Positions 9,539-19,334 of a stretch of 64,000 nt of DNA are shown here, piece by piece. The notes beneath the pieces are model-generated. The model saw only the letters and a list, made by a program, of their open reading frames with translations, was not told where the DNA came from and ran no database searches. Source of the stretch: an uncultured Candidatus Binatia bacterium. Lineage in GTDB: Bacteria > Desulfobacterota > Binatia > UBA9968 > JAJDTQ01. The stretch lies in NCBI GenBank assembly GCA_965242525.1, contig OZ251459.1:2688001-2752000 (forward strand). Reading direction: 5' to 3'. Numbering within the stretch: position 1 is the stretch's first letter; each line of letters opens with the position of its first letter. Made by a program: the position numbers and the translations under genes.

Positions 9539-10297
9539 TCAGGTCGCGTAGTCGGGCTCTTCGCGGTCGAGGATGCGTTTCAACGCTGCGAAGTGGCGCT
9601 CCGCGGCGAGGTCCTCGCCGCCGGCCCGTTGCCGCCGGAGGTAGTCGGTGGTCTGCGGGGAAAGGCGCGCGAGTTGGTGGCCGCCCGTTTCCGCCAGCAC
9701 CTGGACTTGGCAAGCGCGTTCCAGGAAATAGAGCCGATCGAAGGCCTCCGCCACGGTCCTGCCCGCGGCGATGACTCCGTGGTTGGCCATGAACAGCACG
9801 TTCTTGTCCGCCATGGCATGGGCGATCCTCCCTCCCTCCGCGCCGTCGAGCACGAGGCCGTTGTAGTCCTCCAGGTAGGCCACGTCGTCGGCGAACCGGG
9901 TGCTGGTCTGGTGCAGCATCTCCAGGCGGCCCCCCTGGCGGCAGGCGATGGCGGTGGCGTAGGGCATATGGGTATGCAGCAGGCAACGGAACTCTCCCGG
10001 GTTGGCCCGGTGCAGCGGCGCATGGATGTGCAGGGCGGTGGGCTCGACCTCGTGGACGCCCTCCACGCGGGTCCCCTGCAAGTCCACGAGGATGAGGTTG
10101 CTCGCCGTCACTTCCGACCAGTGGAGCGGGTAGGGGTTCAACAACATCAGGTCGTCCCGCCCGGGCACGAGGAAACTGAAGTGGTTGTCGATCCCTTCGT
10201 GGAACCCGAACCGGACGGCGAGACGGTAGGCCGCGGCAAGGTCCAGGCGGGCCTGCCTTGCCGCTTCCCGGTCGTACCAGAGGCTTCGTTTGGCCAC
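9539..10297 (-). CDS. Class II aldolase/adducin family protein
   Basis: LDLAAAYRL, IDNHFS, IHAPLH, LLHTH, MANHGV; GTG start after CAGGAGG. Confidence 0.9.
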   Translation of the reverse strand: MAKRSLWYDREAARQARLDLAAAYRLAVRFGFHEGIDNHFSFLVPGRDDLMLLNPYPLHWSEVTASNLILVDLQGTRVEGVHEVEPTALHIHAPLHRANPGEFRCLLHTHMPYATAIACRQGGRLEMLHQTSTRFADDVAYLEDYNGLVLDGAEGGRIAHAMADKNVLFMANHGVIAAGRTVAEAFDRLYFLERACQVQVLAETGGHQLARLSPQTTDYLRRQRAGGEDLAAERHFAALKRILDREEPDYAT

Positions 10298-10496
10298 GGA
10301 TGGCGCCTCCTGTGCGTGATGTGCGCGGCTTCGCGGCCGCCGGCCGTGCGGCGTCGGCCCGGCGCCCGGAAACCGCGCGCCCCGGAGTGTGCGACAAACG
10401 AGCGGCGGGCGCAAGCGTCCGGGGTTCCCTTGATTACCGCGGCGCCAACCCCTAGACTGGCCCGGATCGATCATCCCCGCGACCGGGCCATCTGGC

Positions 10497-11975
10497 ATGC
10501 ATACCCTGGAACAACTCTACAACAATTCGCTGGCGCTGCTGACCGACCTCTACCAGTTGACCATGGCGTACGCCTACTGGAAGTCCGGCACTGCGCGAAA
10601 GGAGGCGGTGTTCCACCTCTCCTTTCGGGAGAACCCCTATCGCGGCGGGTTCGCCGTCGGGTGCGGGCTCGGCCACGTGGTGGGGGTGCTCAGCCGGTTC
10701 GGGTTCGACGCCAGCGACCTGGACTACCTGTCGCAACTGCGCGGCAACGACGACGAGCGCCTCTTCGAGGACGCCTTCCTCGACTACCTGCGCGACTGCC
10801 GCTTCGTCTGCGACGTGGACGCGGCGCCGGAGGGGACGGTGGTGTTCCCCCACGAACCCCTGGTGCGGGTCCGCGGCCCCATCCTGCAATGCCAGATCCT
10901 GGAGACGGTGCTGCTCAACGTCATCTGCTTCCAGACGCTCATCGCCACCAAGGCGGCCCGGGTCTGCCAGTCCGCCCGGGGGGAGCCGGTGCTGGAGTTC
11001 GGACTGAGGCGCGCCCAGGGGTTCGACGGAGCGCTGGCGGCGAGCCGGGCGGCCTACGTGGGGGGCTGCGCGGGGACGTCCAACGCCCTTGCCGGAAAGC
11101 TCTTCGACATCCCGGTCAAGGGGACCCACGCCCACAGTTGGGTGCTGTCCTTCGACGACGAGACGGAGGCTTTCGAGACCTACGCCGAGGCCATGCCCAA
11201 CAACTGCCTCCTGCTGGTGGATACCTTCGACAGCCTGAACGGCGTCCGCAAGGCGGTGGAGATCGGCCGCAAGCTGCGGGAGCGGGGCCACGAGATGGTG
11301 GGCGTCCGGTTGGACTCCGGAGACCTGGCCTTCCTCAGCGTCGAGGCGCGCCGTATCCTGGACGAGGCCGGCTTTCCCGACGCGGTCATCGTGGGCAGCA
11401 ACGACCTGGACGAGCACGTGATCGCCTCCCTCAAGGAGGAGGGCGCGCGCATCAACGTGTGGGGCGTGGGCACCAAGCTCGCCACCGGCTATGACCAGCC
11501 CGCCCTCGGCGGAGTTTACAAGTTGTCCTGCGTCCGGTCCGAGGGCGAGCAGTGGGTGAACAAGGTGAAGCTGTCGGAGCAGGCCATCAAGGTATCGACG
11601 CCGGGGATCCTCCAGGTGCGGCGTTTCCACGGAGCCGGCCGGTTCGTTGCGGACGCCATCTACGACGAGTCCCTGGGCATCGCCGACGGCTGCACCATCG
11701 TGGATCCCATGAACATGACCCGCAGGAAGCCCATACCCGGGGGGACCGGGTTCCGGGACCTGCTGGTGCCGGTGTTCCGCAACGGCGAGCCGGTTTACGA
11801 CGTGCCGTCGGTGCACGCCGCCCGGGAGCGGGCCCGGGACGAGTTGACGGGTTTCCACAACAGCATCAAGCGCAGGGTGAACCCGCACGAATATCCCGTG
11901 GGCCTGGAGGCGCGGCTCCACGACATGAAGACGCAGCTCGTGCTGCACGCCCGCGGGGTCAACGGAGCGGGTTAG
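10497..11975 (+). CDS. pncB: Nicotinate phosphoribosyltransferase
   Basis: LLTDLYQLTM, EFGLRRAQG, GTHAHSW, LVDTFD, VRLDSGDL, GVGTKL. Confidence 0.95.
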   Translation: MHTLEQLYNNSLALLTDLYQLTMAYAYWKSGTARKEAVFHLSFRENPYRGGFAVGCGLGHVVGVLSRFGFDASDLDYLSQLRGNDDERLFEDAFLDYLRDCRFVCDVDAAPEGTVVFPHEPLVRVRGPILQCQILETVLLNVICFQTLIATKAARVCQSARGEPVLEFGLRRAQGFDGALAASRAAYVGGCAGTSNALAGKLFDIPVKGTHAHSWVLSFDDETEAFETYAEAMPNNCLLLVDTFDSLNGVRKAVEIGRKLRERGHEMVGVRLDSGDLAFLSVEARRILDEAGFPDAVIVGSNDLDEHVIASLKEEGARINVWGVGTKLATGYDQPALGGVYKLSCVRSEGEQWVNKVKLSEQAIKVSTPGILQVRRFHGAGRFVADAIYDESLGIADGCTIVDPMNMTRRKPIPGGTGFRDLLVPVFRNGEPVYDVPSVHAARERARDELTGFHNSIKRRVNPHEYPVGLEARLHDMKTQLVLHARGVNGAG

Positions 11976-12018
11976 CCTTCCCCGCCTCCCCGAGGTCCAT
12001 GGGGCGCGCTCTGCGAAG

Positions 12019-12092
12019 AGGCGAACGGGGACAGGGGTCAGGGTGAAGGAATCGGGAACCCGTCCCGGATGTCCCGATCGTTCAGAGGTTCC
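12019..12092 (+). repeat. Partial (right half) copy of the MITE-like element
   Basis: CGAACGGGG...GGAATCGGGAA.CC.TCCCGGATGTC.CGAT.GTTCAGAGGTTCC resembles the right end of 35717-35923 and abuts the MFS start codon. Confidence 0.55.
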
Positions 12093-12094
12093 CC

Positions 12095-13306
12095 ATGAAC
12101 ATCCTCGGACGGCTCCACGACGCGGTTGGCCGGTTGGGCCGGGAGCGTCTCCGGCTCCTGGGTTTCATCACCCTGGCCCACTTCGCCATCCACTGGTTCA
12201 TGCAGCTCTTCCCGGTGATCGTGCCCACCCTCAAGGGGAGCATGGGCCTCAACGACGTGCAGGTGGGCGGCCTCACGTCCATGCGCATGGCGTCCCAGGC
12301 GGCGTTGAACTTTCCCTCCGGGGTCATGGCCGACGCATGGGTCCACCGGCGCTCGTTCATCGTGACCTCTTCGCTGGTCTTCATGGGGCTCTGCTACTGG
12401 GTGTTCGGGTCCCTGTCCGGTTACGGATGGGCGCTGCTCGCGGTGGGCCTTCTCTCGGTGGGCACGTCGCTGTTCCATCCCGCGGCGATGGCCTCGTTGT
12501 CCAACCGGTTCCCGGAGCGCCGCGCCACCGCCATCGCCATCTACGGCATGGGCGCGACCCTGGGGAACACCGTGACGCCGCTGGCCGTGGGCGTCCTGCT
12601 GGCCAGCTTCCCGTGGCAGCGGGTGCTGGAGAGCCAGCTCCCGGTGGCCCTTTCGGCTGCGGGCCTGGTGTGGCTCTACGCCGCGCGCATGTTCGAGGGC
12701 GACGAGGTCCCGGTCAAGAAGGCCAAGCCGATGGCGGAGATGAAGGGGCTTGCGCGCAACCCCGTGTTCCTGGCGCTGGTGCTGGCGCGCAGCTTCAACC
12801 ACACCGCCCGGCAGGTGACCATGACGTTCCTGCCCATCTACCTCGTCGAGCACCTGGGCTACGCCTCGGTGGGACTGGGCGCCTACCTCATGTTGATGAG
12901 CGTGTCGGGCCTGGTGGCCCAGCCGGTGATGGGGGTGCTGTCCGACCGGGTGGGCCGCAAGGCGGTGCTGGGGCCTTCGCTCCTGGCCCTGGGGCTCGCG
13001 TGCCTCCTGCTCCAGTGGGCAACGTCGGACACGGCGTTGGCTCTGGTGGTCATCGCCATCGGGTTCCTGTTCTACACGGTGGCCAACGCCACCACCGCGG
13101 CGGTCCTCGACGTGGCCACCAAGAGCAGCCAGGCATCCGCCTTCGGACTCATGTCTCTGGGCACCAACCTCATGGTGGTGCCCATGCCCATGCTGGCGGG
13201 ATACCTGAGCGTGCGTTTCGGCATACTGGCGGCCTTCGTGTTCCCGGCCGTCTGCCTGCTGGCGGGCGGTTGCCTCATCCTGCTGCTGCGGTTCGAGAGG
13301 GACTGA
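12095..13306 (+). CDS. MFS transporter (Fsr-like)
   Basis: About 12 hydrophobic segments, G..SDRVGRK motif A, FHPAA motif. Confidence 0.9.
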   Translation: MNILGRLHDAVGRLGRERLRLLGFITLAHFAIHWFMQLFPVIVPTLKGSMGLNDVQVGGLTSMRMASQAALNFPSGVMADAWVHRRSFIVTSSLVFMGLCYWVFGSLSGYGWALLAVGLLSVGTSLFHPAAMASLSNRFPERRATAIAIYGMGATLGNTVTPLAVGVLLASFPWQRVLESQLPVALSAAGLVWLYAARMFEGDEVPVKKAKPMAEMKGLARNPVFLALVLARSFNHTARQVTMTFLPIYLVEHLGYASVGLGAYLMLMSVSGLVAQPVMGVLSDRVGRKAVLGPSLLALGLACLLLQWATSDTALALVVIAIGFLFYTVANATTAAVLDVATKSSQASAFGLMSLGTNLMVVPMPMLAGYLSVRFGILAAFVFPAVCLLAGGCLILLLRFERD

Positions 13307-13307
13307 A

Positions 13308-13469
13308 GGAACGTCTGCTCCATTCGGCTCCCTGTGGGAAAGCGCGTCCTTCGACTTCGCTTCGCTACGCTCAGGACGAACGGGGATAGTCGTTCCGGGT
13401 CCATGCCTACGAACGGGACGGTTTCAACGCTACGCTCAGGACGAACGGGGGTAATCGTTCCGGGTTTCC
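13308..13469 (+). mobile_element. MITE-like element copy C (full REP core plus partial second core)
   Basis: Starts GGAACGTCTG, core near 13341-13386, ends AATCGTTCCGGGTTTCC. Confidence 0.6.
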
Positions 13470-13525
13470 CGAAGACGCGGCGGGCGGGACCCGGCCCGGT
13501 TGACCGCGGCGGGGCCTGATGTTAG

Positions 13526-13677
13526 GGAACGTCCGGACAATCGAGACATGGAGGATGGATTCCCTCACCTTGACTCTCCTATCCTCGTTCATCCTCATCC
13601 CCGTTCGTCCTGAGCGTAGCGAAGCGGAGTCGAAGGACGCTTTCATGCTCCCCCTGTCCCGATTGTCCAGAGTTTCC
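13526..13677 (-). mobile_element. MITE-like element copy D
   Basis: GGAACGTCCGGACAATC ... GATTGTCCAGAGTTTCC, flanked by TTAG/TCAG (possible degenerate 4-bp target duplication). Confidence 0.65.
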
Positions 13678-13718
13678 TCAGGCAGGTCTTCTCGAAACCC
13701 TGACCGCGGGAGGTTTCC

Positions 13719-14792
13719 ATGAACGCAAGCGAACTCGCCGTCGTCGATGCCGACGGCCACCTGATCGAGTCCATCCCCGAGATGGCGGAGTACATGGCGC
13801 CGGAAGCGAAGGAATACGCCCTGAACCCGCCCCGGAACCGGGCCGGCGTGTTCCCGTCCATCGACGGCATGCACTACCCGGAGACCGAGGAGAACACCGC
13901 GGCCAGCCGCATCAACCCGGTGCGGGCCAGCGACCAACGGCCGGGCTCCGGCGAGGACATCTTCGAGTTCGTCAAGAAGGCCGAGATCGCCGACTCGGTG
14001 CTCTACGCCACCGAAGGGTTGTCCCTGGGCTTCATCCAGCAACCGAGCTACGCGGTGAAGGTGTGCCGGGCCTACAACGACTACGTCACCGAGCGGTACC
14101 GCGGCATCAGCAAGCGGCTGCATCCCATCGCGCTCCTGCCCATGCAGGACCCCGGGGCCGCGGCCCTGGAGTTGCGCCGGTGCGTGAAGGAGATGGGGCT
14201 CCTGGGCGGCATGCTTCCCTCCACCGGCCTGGAGTTGCACCTGGGCCACGAGTTCTACGGTCCGGTGTACGAGGAAGCGGCAGAGCTCGGTTGCGTGCTG
14301 GGCATCCACGGCGGCTCCAACCGGGGCGTGGGCATGGATTCGTTCAGCAGCCGCCTGGGGTCCCGGTTGCTGCACCACCCGGTCCCGCTCATGATCGCCC
14401 TGGTCTCGTTCATCTACCACGGCTGGTTCGACCGTTACCCGACCCTCAAGGTGGCCTTCCTGGAGGGAGGGTGCGCGTGGCTGACCTGCATCGCCGACCG
14501 CATGGAGCGGGACGCGGAGCTGGAAGGGCTGTCGTGCCGCCCGCTGCCGGAATACATCGCCAGCGGCCAGGTCCTCATCGGCTGCGAGGGCAACGACGTG
14601 AGCCTGCCGTACCTGGCCGGGCGCGTGGGCATCGAACCCTTCGCCTATTCCTCGGACTACCCCCATGAGGTGGACCTGCCCGCGGCCCGGCGCATGATCG
14701 AGGAGACGCGCAACCACGCGGAGTTGTCCGAAGAGCACAAGGCGGCGGTGCTGGGAGACAACGCGCGCCGCTTCTACGGCCTGGACGGATGA
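13719..14792 (+). CDS. Amidohydrolase family (amidohydro_2) protein
   Basis: DADGH, GIHGG, FLEGGCAW, SSDYPH. Confidence 0.9.
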   Translation: MNASELAVVDADGHLIESIPEMAEYMAPEAKEYALNPPRNRAGVFPSIDGMHYPETEENTAASRINPVRASDQRPGSGEDIFEFVKKAEIADSVLYATEGLSLGFIQQPSYAVKVCRAYNDYVTERYRGISKRLHPIALLPMQDPGAAALELRRCVKEMGLLGGMLPSTGLELHLGHEFYGPVYEEAAELGCVLGIHGGSNRGVGMDSFSSRLGSRLLHHPVPLMIALVSFIYHGWFDRYPTLKVAFLEGGCAWLTCIADRMERDAELEGLSCRPLPEYIASGQVLIGCEGNDVSLPYLAGRVGIEPFAYSSDYPHEVDLPAARRMIEETRNHAELSEEHKAAVLGDNARRFYGLDG

Positions 14793-14816
14793 CCCGTCGG
14801 CCGGCCCCCACCCGCC

Positions 14817-15740
14817 GTGGTCGTTGAAGTCTCCGGCGTCTCCAAGCGCTTCGGCGCGCGGGCGGCGGTGGACGACCTTACCCTGGACGTGCCGCAAGGG
14901 GTCTGCTTCGGCCTCCTGGGCCCCAACGGCGCCGGCAAGACCACGACCCTCCGCATGGTCTATGGCGTGGCCCAGCCCACCCGGGGGCGCGTCCGCGTCT
15001 TCGGCCTGGACGTGTCGCGCCACGTGCGCGCGGTGCGCAAGCGGCTGGGGGTGACGCTGCAACAGAACGTGCTGGTGGAGCCGTTGTCGCCCCGGGAGAA
15101 CCTGACGGTCTTCGGGCGCTACCATCTCCTGGGCGAGGCCGAGTTGGCCCAGCGGGTGGAAGAGCTCCTGGACTTCATGGAGCTCCGCTCCCATGCGGAC
15201 GCGCCGGTCTCCACGCTATCGGGAGGGTATCAACGGCGGCTGGCGGTGGCCCTGTCGCTGGTGAACCGCCCGGAACTCCTGATCCTCGACGAACCCACCA
15301 CCGGGCTCGACCCCGGGGTGCGGCTCGCCCTCTGGTCGAGGGTGCGCGAGCTTCGGCGCAACGGCGCCACGATCCTGTTGACCACCCATTACATGGACGA
15401 GGCCCAGCGCTTGTGCGACCACGTGGCCATCATGTCGGCCGGCAAGGTCATCGCACAGGGACCGCCGCAGGAGCTGATCCTGCGCTACCTGGCCAGGGAG
15501 ACCGTGGAGATCGAAGCGACGCCGGAGGAAGAGTATGCGCTGCTGCGGCAGTTCGACGAGGTCCCGCAACTCTACCGCGCCGGCAACCGCACCATGATCT
15601 ACCTGGACCACCCGCAGCGGCTCCTGGACCGTATCCGGGACCTGGAGCGGTCCGACTGGGGCGCGGTCATCGTCCGGCCCACCAACCTGGAGGACGTGTT
15701 CCTGACCCTCACCGGTGCTACCCTCGAGGACTCCCCGTGA
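14817..15740 (+). CDS. ABC-2 exporter ATP-binding protein (NodI-like)
   Basis: GPNGAGKTT, LSGG, ILDEPTTGLD, TTHYMDEA. Confidence 0.92.
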   Translation: MVVEVSGVSKRFGARAAVDDLTLDVPQGVCFGLLGPNGAGKTTTLRMVYGVAQPTRGRVRVFGLDVSRHVRAVRKRLGVTLQQNVLVEPLSPRENLTVFGRYHLLGEAELAQRVEELLDFMELRSHADAPVSTLSGGYQRRLAVALSLVNRPELLILDEPTTGLDPGVRLALWSRVRELRRNGATILLTTHYMDEAQRLCDHVAIMSAGKVIAQGPPQELILRYLARETVEIEATPEEEYALLRQFDEVPQLYRAGNRTMIYLDHPQRLLDRIRDLERSDWGAVIVRPTNLEDVFLTLTGATLEDSP

Positions 15741-16504
15741 GCCTCTCGGTGCGGCACGCCCTGGCGGTGTGGCGGCGGAACGCCACCATGTACCGCCGCA
15801 CCTGGAGGTGGAACATCCTCCCGAACTTCTTCGAGCCGGTCCTCTACCTGGTGTCCATCGGCGTGGGCCTCGGGGCCTACATCACCACCATGGGCGGGGC
15901 CTCCTACATCGAGTTCCTGACCCCCGGGCTGGTTTGCGTGGCCGCCATGAACGGCGCGAGCTTCGAGGTGACCTACAACGTCTGGGTGCGCATGAAGAAC
16001 GAGAAGATCTACGACGCCATGCTGACCACGCCCATCCAGCCGGTGGACGTGGTGGCCGGCGAGGCGGCCTGGGCGGTCACGCGGTCGTCCGTCTATGGCA
16101 TGTGCTTCTTCCTCGTGGCGGCCCTGGCCGGGCTGGCGCCCCTGCCGCAGGCCCTCTGGGCGCTCCCCGTAGTGCCCCTGACCGGCCTCCTCTTTGCGTC
16201 CGTCGGGCTGGCCTTCACCCTGCGCATCCCCCAGATGGAGCTCTTCAGCTTCTACTACACCCTCTTCCTCACCCCCCTCTTCCTCTTCTCCTCGGTGTTC
16301 TTCCCCCTGGAGGAACGCCTGTCCGGTCCCTGGCTCTGGTTCGCCGAGGTCCTGCCCCTGCTCCACCCTGTGCGGCTGGTCCGCGCCGCGTTCGAGGGCG
16401 CGCCCTCCATCGGACTGCTCTGGGACTTGGCCTATGTCCTGGGTTTGTCAGCGGTGCTGCTCGCCTATGCTGTCCGCCGTATGAGGCAGAGGTTGATCCA
16501 GTAG
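15737..16504 (+). CDS. ABC-2 exporter permease (NodJ-like)
   Basis: FFEPVLYL, YDAML.TP, TPLFLFS.VFFP, PLLH.V; GTG overlaps the ATPase stop. Confidence 0.88.
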   Translation: MSLSVRHALAVWRRNATMYRRTWRWNILPNFFEPVLYLVSIGVGLGAYITTMGGASYIEFLTPGLVCVAAMNGASFEVTYNVWVRMKNEKIYDAMLTTPIQPVDVVAGEAAWAVTRSSVYGMCFFLVAALAGLAPLPQALWALPVVPLTGLLFASVGLAFTLRIPQMELFSFYYTLFLTPLFLFSSVFFPLEERLSGPWLWFAEVLPLLHPVRLVRAAFEGAPSIGLLWDLAYVLGLSAVLLAYAVRRMRQRLIQ

Positions 16505-16557
16505 GGGGGCGCGTGAGTGGGCGGTTCCTTCGGGGGGTTGGGCGGGGTAGGAGAAAC

Positions 16558-16605
16558 GGCAATGGATTTTTTGGCAAAGAATCTATTGCCAAAAAATCCA
16601 TTGCC
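16558..16605. repeat. Perfect 20-bp inverted repeat at the left edge of the defence island
   Basis: GGCAATGGATTTTTTGGCAA-AGAATCTA-TTGCCAAAAAATCCATTGCC. Confidence 0.85.
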
Positions 16606-16707
16606 AAAGGCCCGGATCGGGCAAACGCCGATTCAGGCCCGCAACGTCTTCCACTGCCTTGCGGAGGCATGGAAGCCGATTTGCCTTGCATTGGGCAGCT
16701 CTTCCCC

Positions 16708-16736
16708 TTGACATGATTGTTAGATATAATTAACGT
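16708..16736 (+). promoter_or_regulatory. Putative sigma70 promoter of the TA operon (likely leaderless transcript)
   Basis: TTGACA-17 bp-TAACGT, ending 6 bp before the GTG at 16743; no RBS visible. Confidence 0.55.
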
Positions 16737-16742
16737 ACCTGG

Positions 16743-17072
16743 GTGGAATACGAGACACTCAAGCTTCGCTTGGATACCGGACAGGTTCCCTTTGAAGAGT
16801 GGCTTGACGGCCTTGGCGATCCTGTCGTGAAAGCACGAATCCTTGCCGCGATCAGGAAGATGGCTGTCGGCAACTTCGGCGGAGCAAGGTCCATCAAGGG
16901 GTCGCCAGGGGTGTTCGAGTATCGTGTCGATGCCGGTCCGGGGTATCGGATATACTACCGTCTCAAGGGTCGAACCGTCGTCTTGCTGTGGGGTGGCACG
17001 AAGGGCACTCAGACGCGGGACATCGAACGCGCGAGCCTCTTTGCCAAGCGCTTAGACAGCGGGGAATGTTAA
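16743..17072 (+). CDS. RelE/HigB-family 'addiction module killer' toxin
   Basis: FEEWLDGL.D, GNFG, EYRVDAGPGYRIYY, LLWGGTKGTQ.RDI. Confidence 0.88.
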   Translation: MEYETLKLRLDTGQVPFEEWLDGLGDPVVKARILAAIRKMAVGNFGGARSIKGSPGVFEYRVDAGPGYRIYYRLKGRTVVLLWGGTKGTQTRDIERASLFAKRLDSGEC

Positions 17073-17093
17073 TGGTCAGAGGGAGGGTTGCCA

Positions 17094-17393
17094 ATGGCCA
17101 GTGCAACGACCGAACGATTCGATGTAGCCGACCACCTCGACACTCCTGAAGAGGTCGCCGCCTACCTGGAGGCTATCCTCGAAGAAGGGGACGACAGGCT
17201 GTTGCTGCTTGCGCTCCGCGATGTCGTCAAATCAAAGGGGTTTGCCAATGTCGCCAAGAGGGCCGGTTTGCGACGGGAGACCCTGTACCAGGCATTGTCG
17301 GAGGACGGCAATCCCCGCCTCTCCACCTTGTGCGGCGTCCTCGGGGAGTTGGGCATGCGGCTCAGCGTGGCGCCTCTGGCGAAAAGCGCCTGA
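17094..17393 (+). CDS. Addiction-module antidote (HTH) antitoxin
   Basis: FDVADHL.T.E....YL, AGLRRETLYQALS.DGNP.LSTL. Confidence 0.88.
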   Translation: MASATTERFDVADHLDTPEEVAAYLEAILEEGDDRLLLLALRDVVKSKGFANVAKRAGLRRETLYQALSEDGNPRLSTLCGVLGELGMRLSVAPLAKSA

Positions 17394-17439
17394 GCCGCGG
17401 GTGCTATGGTGCAAAAATCACTGAATCCGGGTACACGCC

Positions 17440-17703
17440 ATGCCTCGTCTGACCATCCGTTTGACCGACGCTACGCATAGAGCGCTGAAGGAAGCCGCGG
17501 TCCGACAGAACCGTTCCATGGGTTCCATCATCGAGGAGAGCCTGGAACTGAGAGGCATCCGGCCCTACGACACCGTCAGGGAGATCGTCGCCAAGGCGCG
17601 GGCCAAGTCCGGGTTGAGCGCTGGCGACGCGATGGCTCTGGCAGTCGAGGAAACGCGGCGTCTGCGCCACGGGCAAGTGAAAGATTATCGGCGTCCGGCG
17701 TAG
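17440..17703 (+). CDS. Ribbon-helix-helix (CopG/FitA-like) protein, putative orphan antitoxin
   Basis: MPRLTIRLTDATHRALKEAAVRQNRSMGSIIEE, an RHH pattern. Confidence 0.7.
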   Translation: MPRLTIRLTDATHRALKEAAVRQNRSMGSIIEESLELRGIRPYDTVREIVAKARAKSGLSAGDAMALAVEETRRLRHGQVKDYRRPA

Positions 17704-18182
17704 CGGGCCAAGCGGTGACGTACAGCGGCCTTGGGAAGGCGGCAACGTGGATGGCGCGAGATCGTGGTCAAGGCGTCGTGCAGTTCCTCAAGGCTGGCCG
17801 CGGCCGCATCCTGTATCTGGTCGAGAAGCCATAGCAGGCCGTGGCACTCTACGCCTTCTTCGGCCGCGGACCTGCGAAGTGCGGCATCGCCGCTCAGCAG
17901 TATCCAGGCCCGTGTTCGGGCGAGCTCCAGGGCAAAGCAGTCGGGCAGGGAAAGCACAGGCGCTCGCTGTCGATAGGCAAGGGCGCGCCGGACGCCGTCG
18001 CCATCCAATTCTTCCACTGCGAGGCCAAGCTCAATGAGTTCCTCGCCACCGTGGTTCTTCAGTTCACGCTCGTAGAGCAGGTCCGGGACGGCGAACCGGA
18101 ACGGCAGACGGAATGCGGCCCCAAGCAGGGATCCGCGATCGAAGTCAACGAGAACGGAAGTGTCGGAGACGAGCGCCCGCAT
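17685..18182 (-). CDS. PIN-domain protein
   Basis: LVSDTSVLVD, LS..D, LLSGDAALR, V.CHGLLW acidic PIN motifs. Confidence 0.8.
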   Translation of the reverse strand: MRALVSDTSVLVDFDRGSLLGAAFRLPFRFAVPDLLYERELKNHGGEELIELGLAVEELDGDGVRRALAYRQRAPVLSLPDCFALELARTRAWILLSGDAALRRSAAEEGVECHGLLWLLDQIQDAAAASLEELHDALTTISRHPRCRLPKAAVRHRLARYAGRR

Positions 18183-18187
18183 CGGGA

Positions 18188-19276
18188 TCAGTTCCCCGAC
18201 AGGTCTTCGCGTTCGAGAGCGGGCGGTTCGTCCATCCGCCAGTTGAGTTCACGGACGGACAGGCCAAGCAACTCCGCGGCCTTGGCTTCGGAAACGGCTC
18301 CCTCAGCAAGGGCGCGGAACGTGAGTCGCTCGAAACGCCTGGGTTCCTTTCCTTCCTTGGCGCAAGGCTCCTCGTAAGGCGGGGTGCGCCACCCAAGGAG
18401 GCTGAATTCGTTGAACAACCGCCGGAACAGCGTCTCACTGAAGATGCCGAGGTCCTTGCATCGGTACGTGATCGCCTGAACGCTCGCGCCGAAGAGTTGC
18501 TTCAACTGGACAAGTTCGCCCAGAGCGACCGAAGTCCGGTGTTTCCCGATCTTTGCCCACAGGGCTTCGGCGGGCATGAGAAAGGCCCCGGCGAAGCGGT
18601 GCGCGACTTTTTCTTCGTCCAGGCCGGGCGCCGTGTCCACGACAAGGTGTCCAAGCTCATGGGACAGGGTAAAGCGTTGGCGTTCCAGCCAGTCGTGCCG
18701 GTTCACGACGATGACGGGAACTTGGCTCCTTCCGGCTCGGCGGACACGTGCGGTCAGACCGTCGATCTCTTCCGATCCGACGGCAAGCACCTTGATGCCC
18801 TGCTCCTCCAGCAACTCGAAGAGGTCGGGGATCGGGTCGTGACCAAGGCTCCAGTGGTCCCGAAGGCTGCGAGCCGCCCGGTCCGCCTCGGAAACGTCCC
18901 GCACGACAGGATAGGGCGCCTCGCGCGGACGGTTCCACTCCGCGCTCGGAAGCTGAAGCAACTCCTCGACCATGAGGTAACGCTCCAGAAGGTGCAGAAC
19001 GTTGGCCTCGATCCGGGACTCCTCTTTCCTGCTCGCGCCCGTCTTTCTCCTGAACTCCACCGCTTCGAGGACCATCTCCTGGTCGCTGAGCAGGTAGTCC
19101 ACGGAGACGCCAAGGGCGTCCGCCAGCGCGATCAGGACCCCGGAGCTGGGCATGGATTCGTCGCGCTCGTACTTCCCGATGGCCTGGGCCGTGACCCGGT
19201 TTCCAATCTTCGTCTCCAGTTCGCGGAGAGAAAGACCGGCAGCGGAGCGGGCAAGCTTAAGTCTTTTTCCAAGCAT
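18188..19276 (-). CDS. XRE-HTH fused to ImmA/IrrE-family zinc metallopeptidase
   Basis: N-terminal RLKLARSAAGLSLREL...KYE HTH; RQRFTLSHELGH (HExxH), E..A..FAGAFLMP. ATG at 19276 after GGGAGG. Confidence 0.9.
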   Translation of the reverse strand: MLGKRLKLARSAAGLSLRELETKIGNRVTAQAIGKYERDESMPSSGVLIALADALGVSVDYLLSDQEMVLEAVEFRRKTGASRKEESRIEANVLHLLERYLMVEELLQLPSAEWNRPREAPYPVVRDVSEADRAARSLRDHWSLGHDPIPDLFELLEEQGIKVLAVGSEEIDGLTARVRRAGRSQVPVIVVNRHDWLERQRFTLSHELGHLVVDTAPGLDEEKVAHRFAGAFLMPAEALWAKIGKHRTSVALGELVQLKQLFGASVQAITYRCKDLGIFSETLFRRLFNEFSLLGWRTPPYEEPCAKEGKEPRRFERLTFRALAEGAVSEAKAAELLGLSVRELNWRMDEPPALEREDLSGN

Positions 19277-19292
19277 AGGTTTAACCTCCCTC

Positions 19293-19334
19293 TTGACAGT
19301 TTCTAAAATATCTGATAAAATGAATTTTGTAAAC
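19293..19334. promoter_or_regulatory. Divergent promoter/operator region
   Basis: + strand TTGACA-17-TAAAAT (extended TGn) at 19293-19321; imperfect inverted repeat GTTTCTAAAAT-N14-ATTTTGTAAAC (19299-19334) spans its spacer and -10. Confidence 0.55.

Noticed and set aside
10497-11975. pncB as a NAD-regeneration partner of the Sir2 NADase
   Set aside because: It is 7.5 kb away, outside the island, with host-like composition and no operon link.
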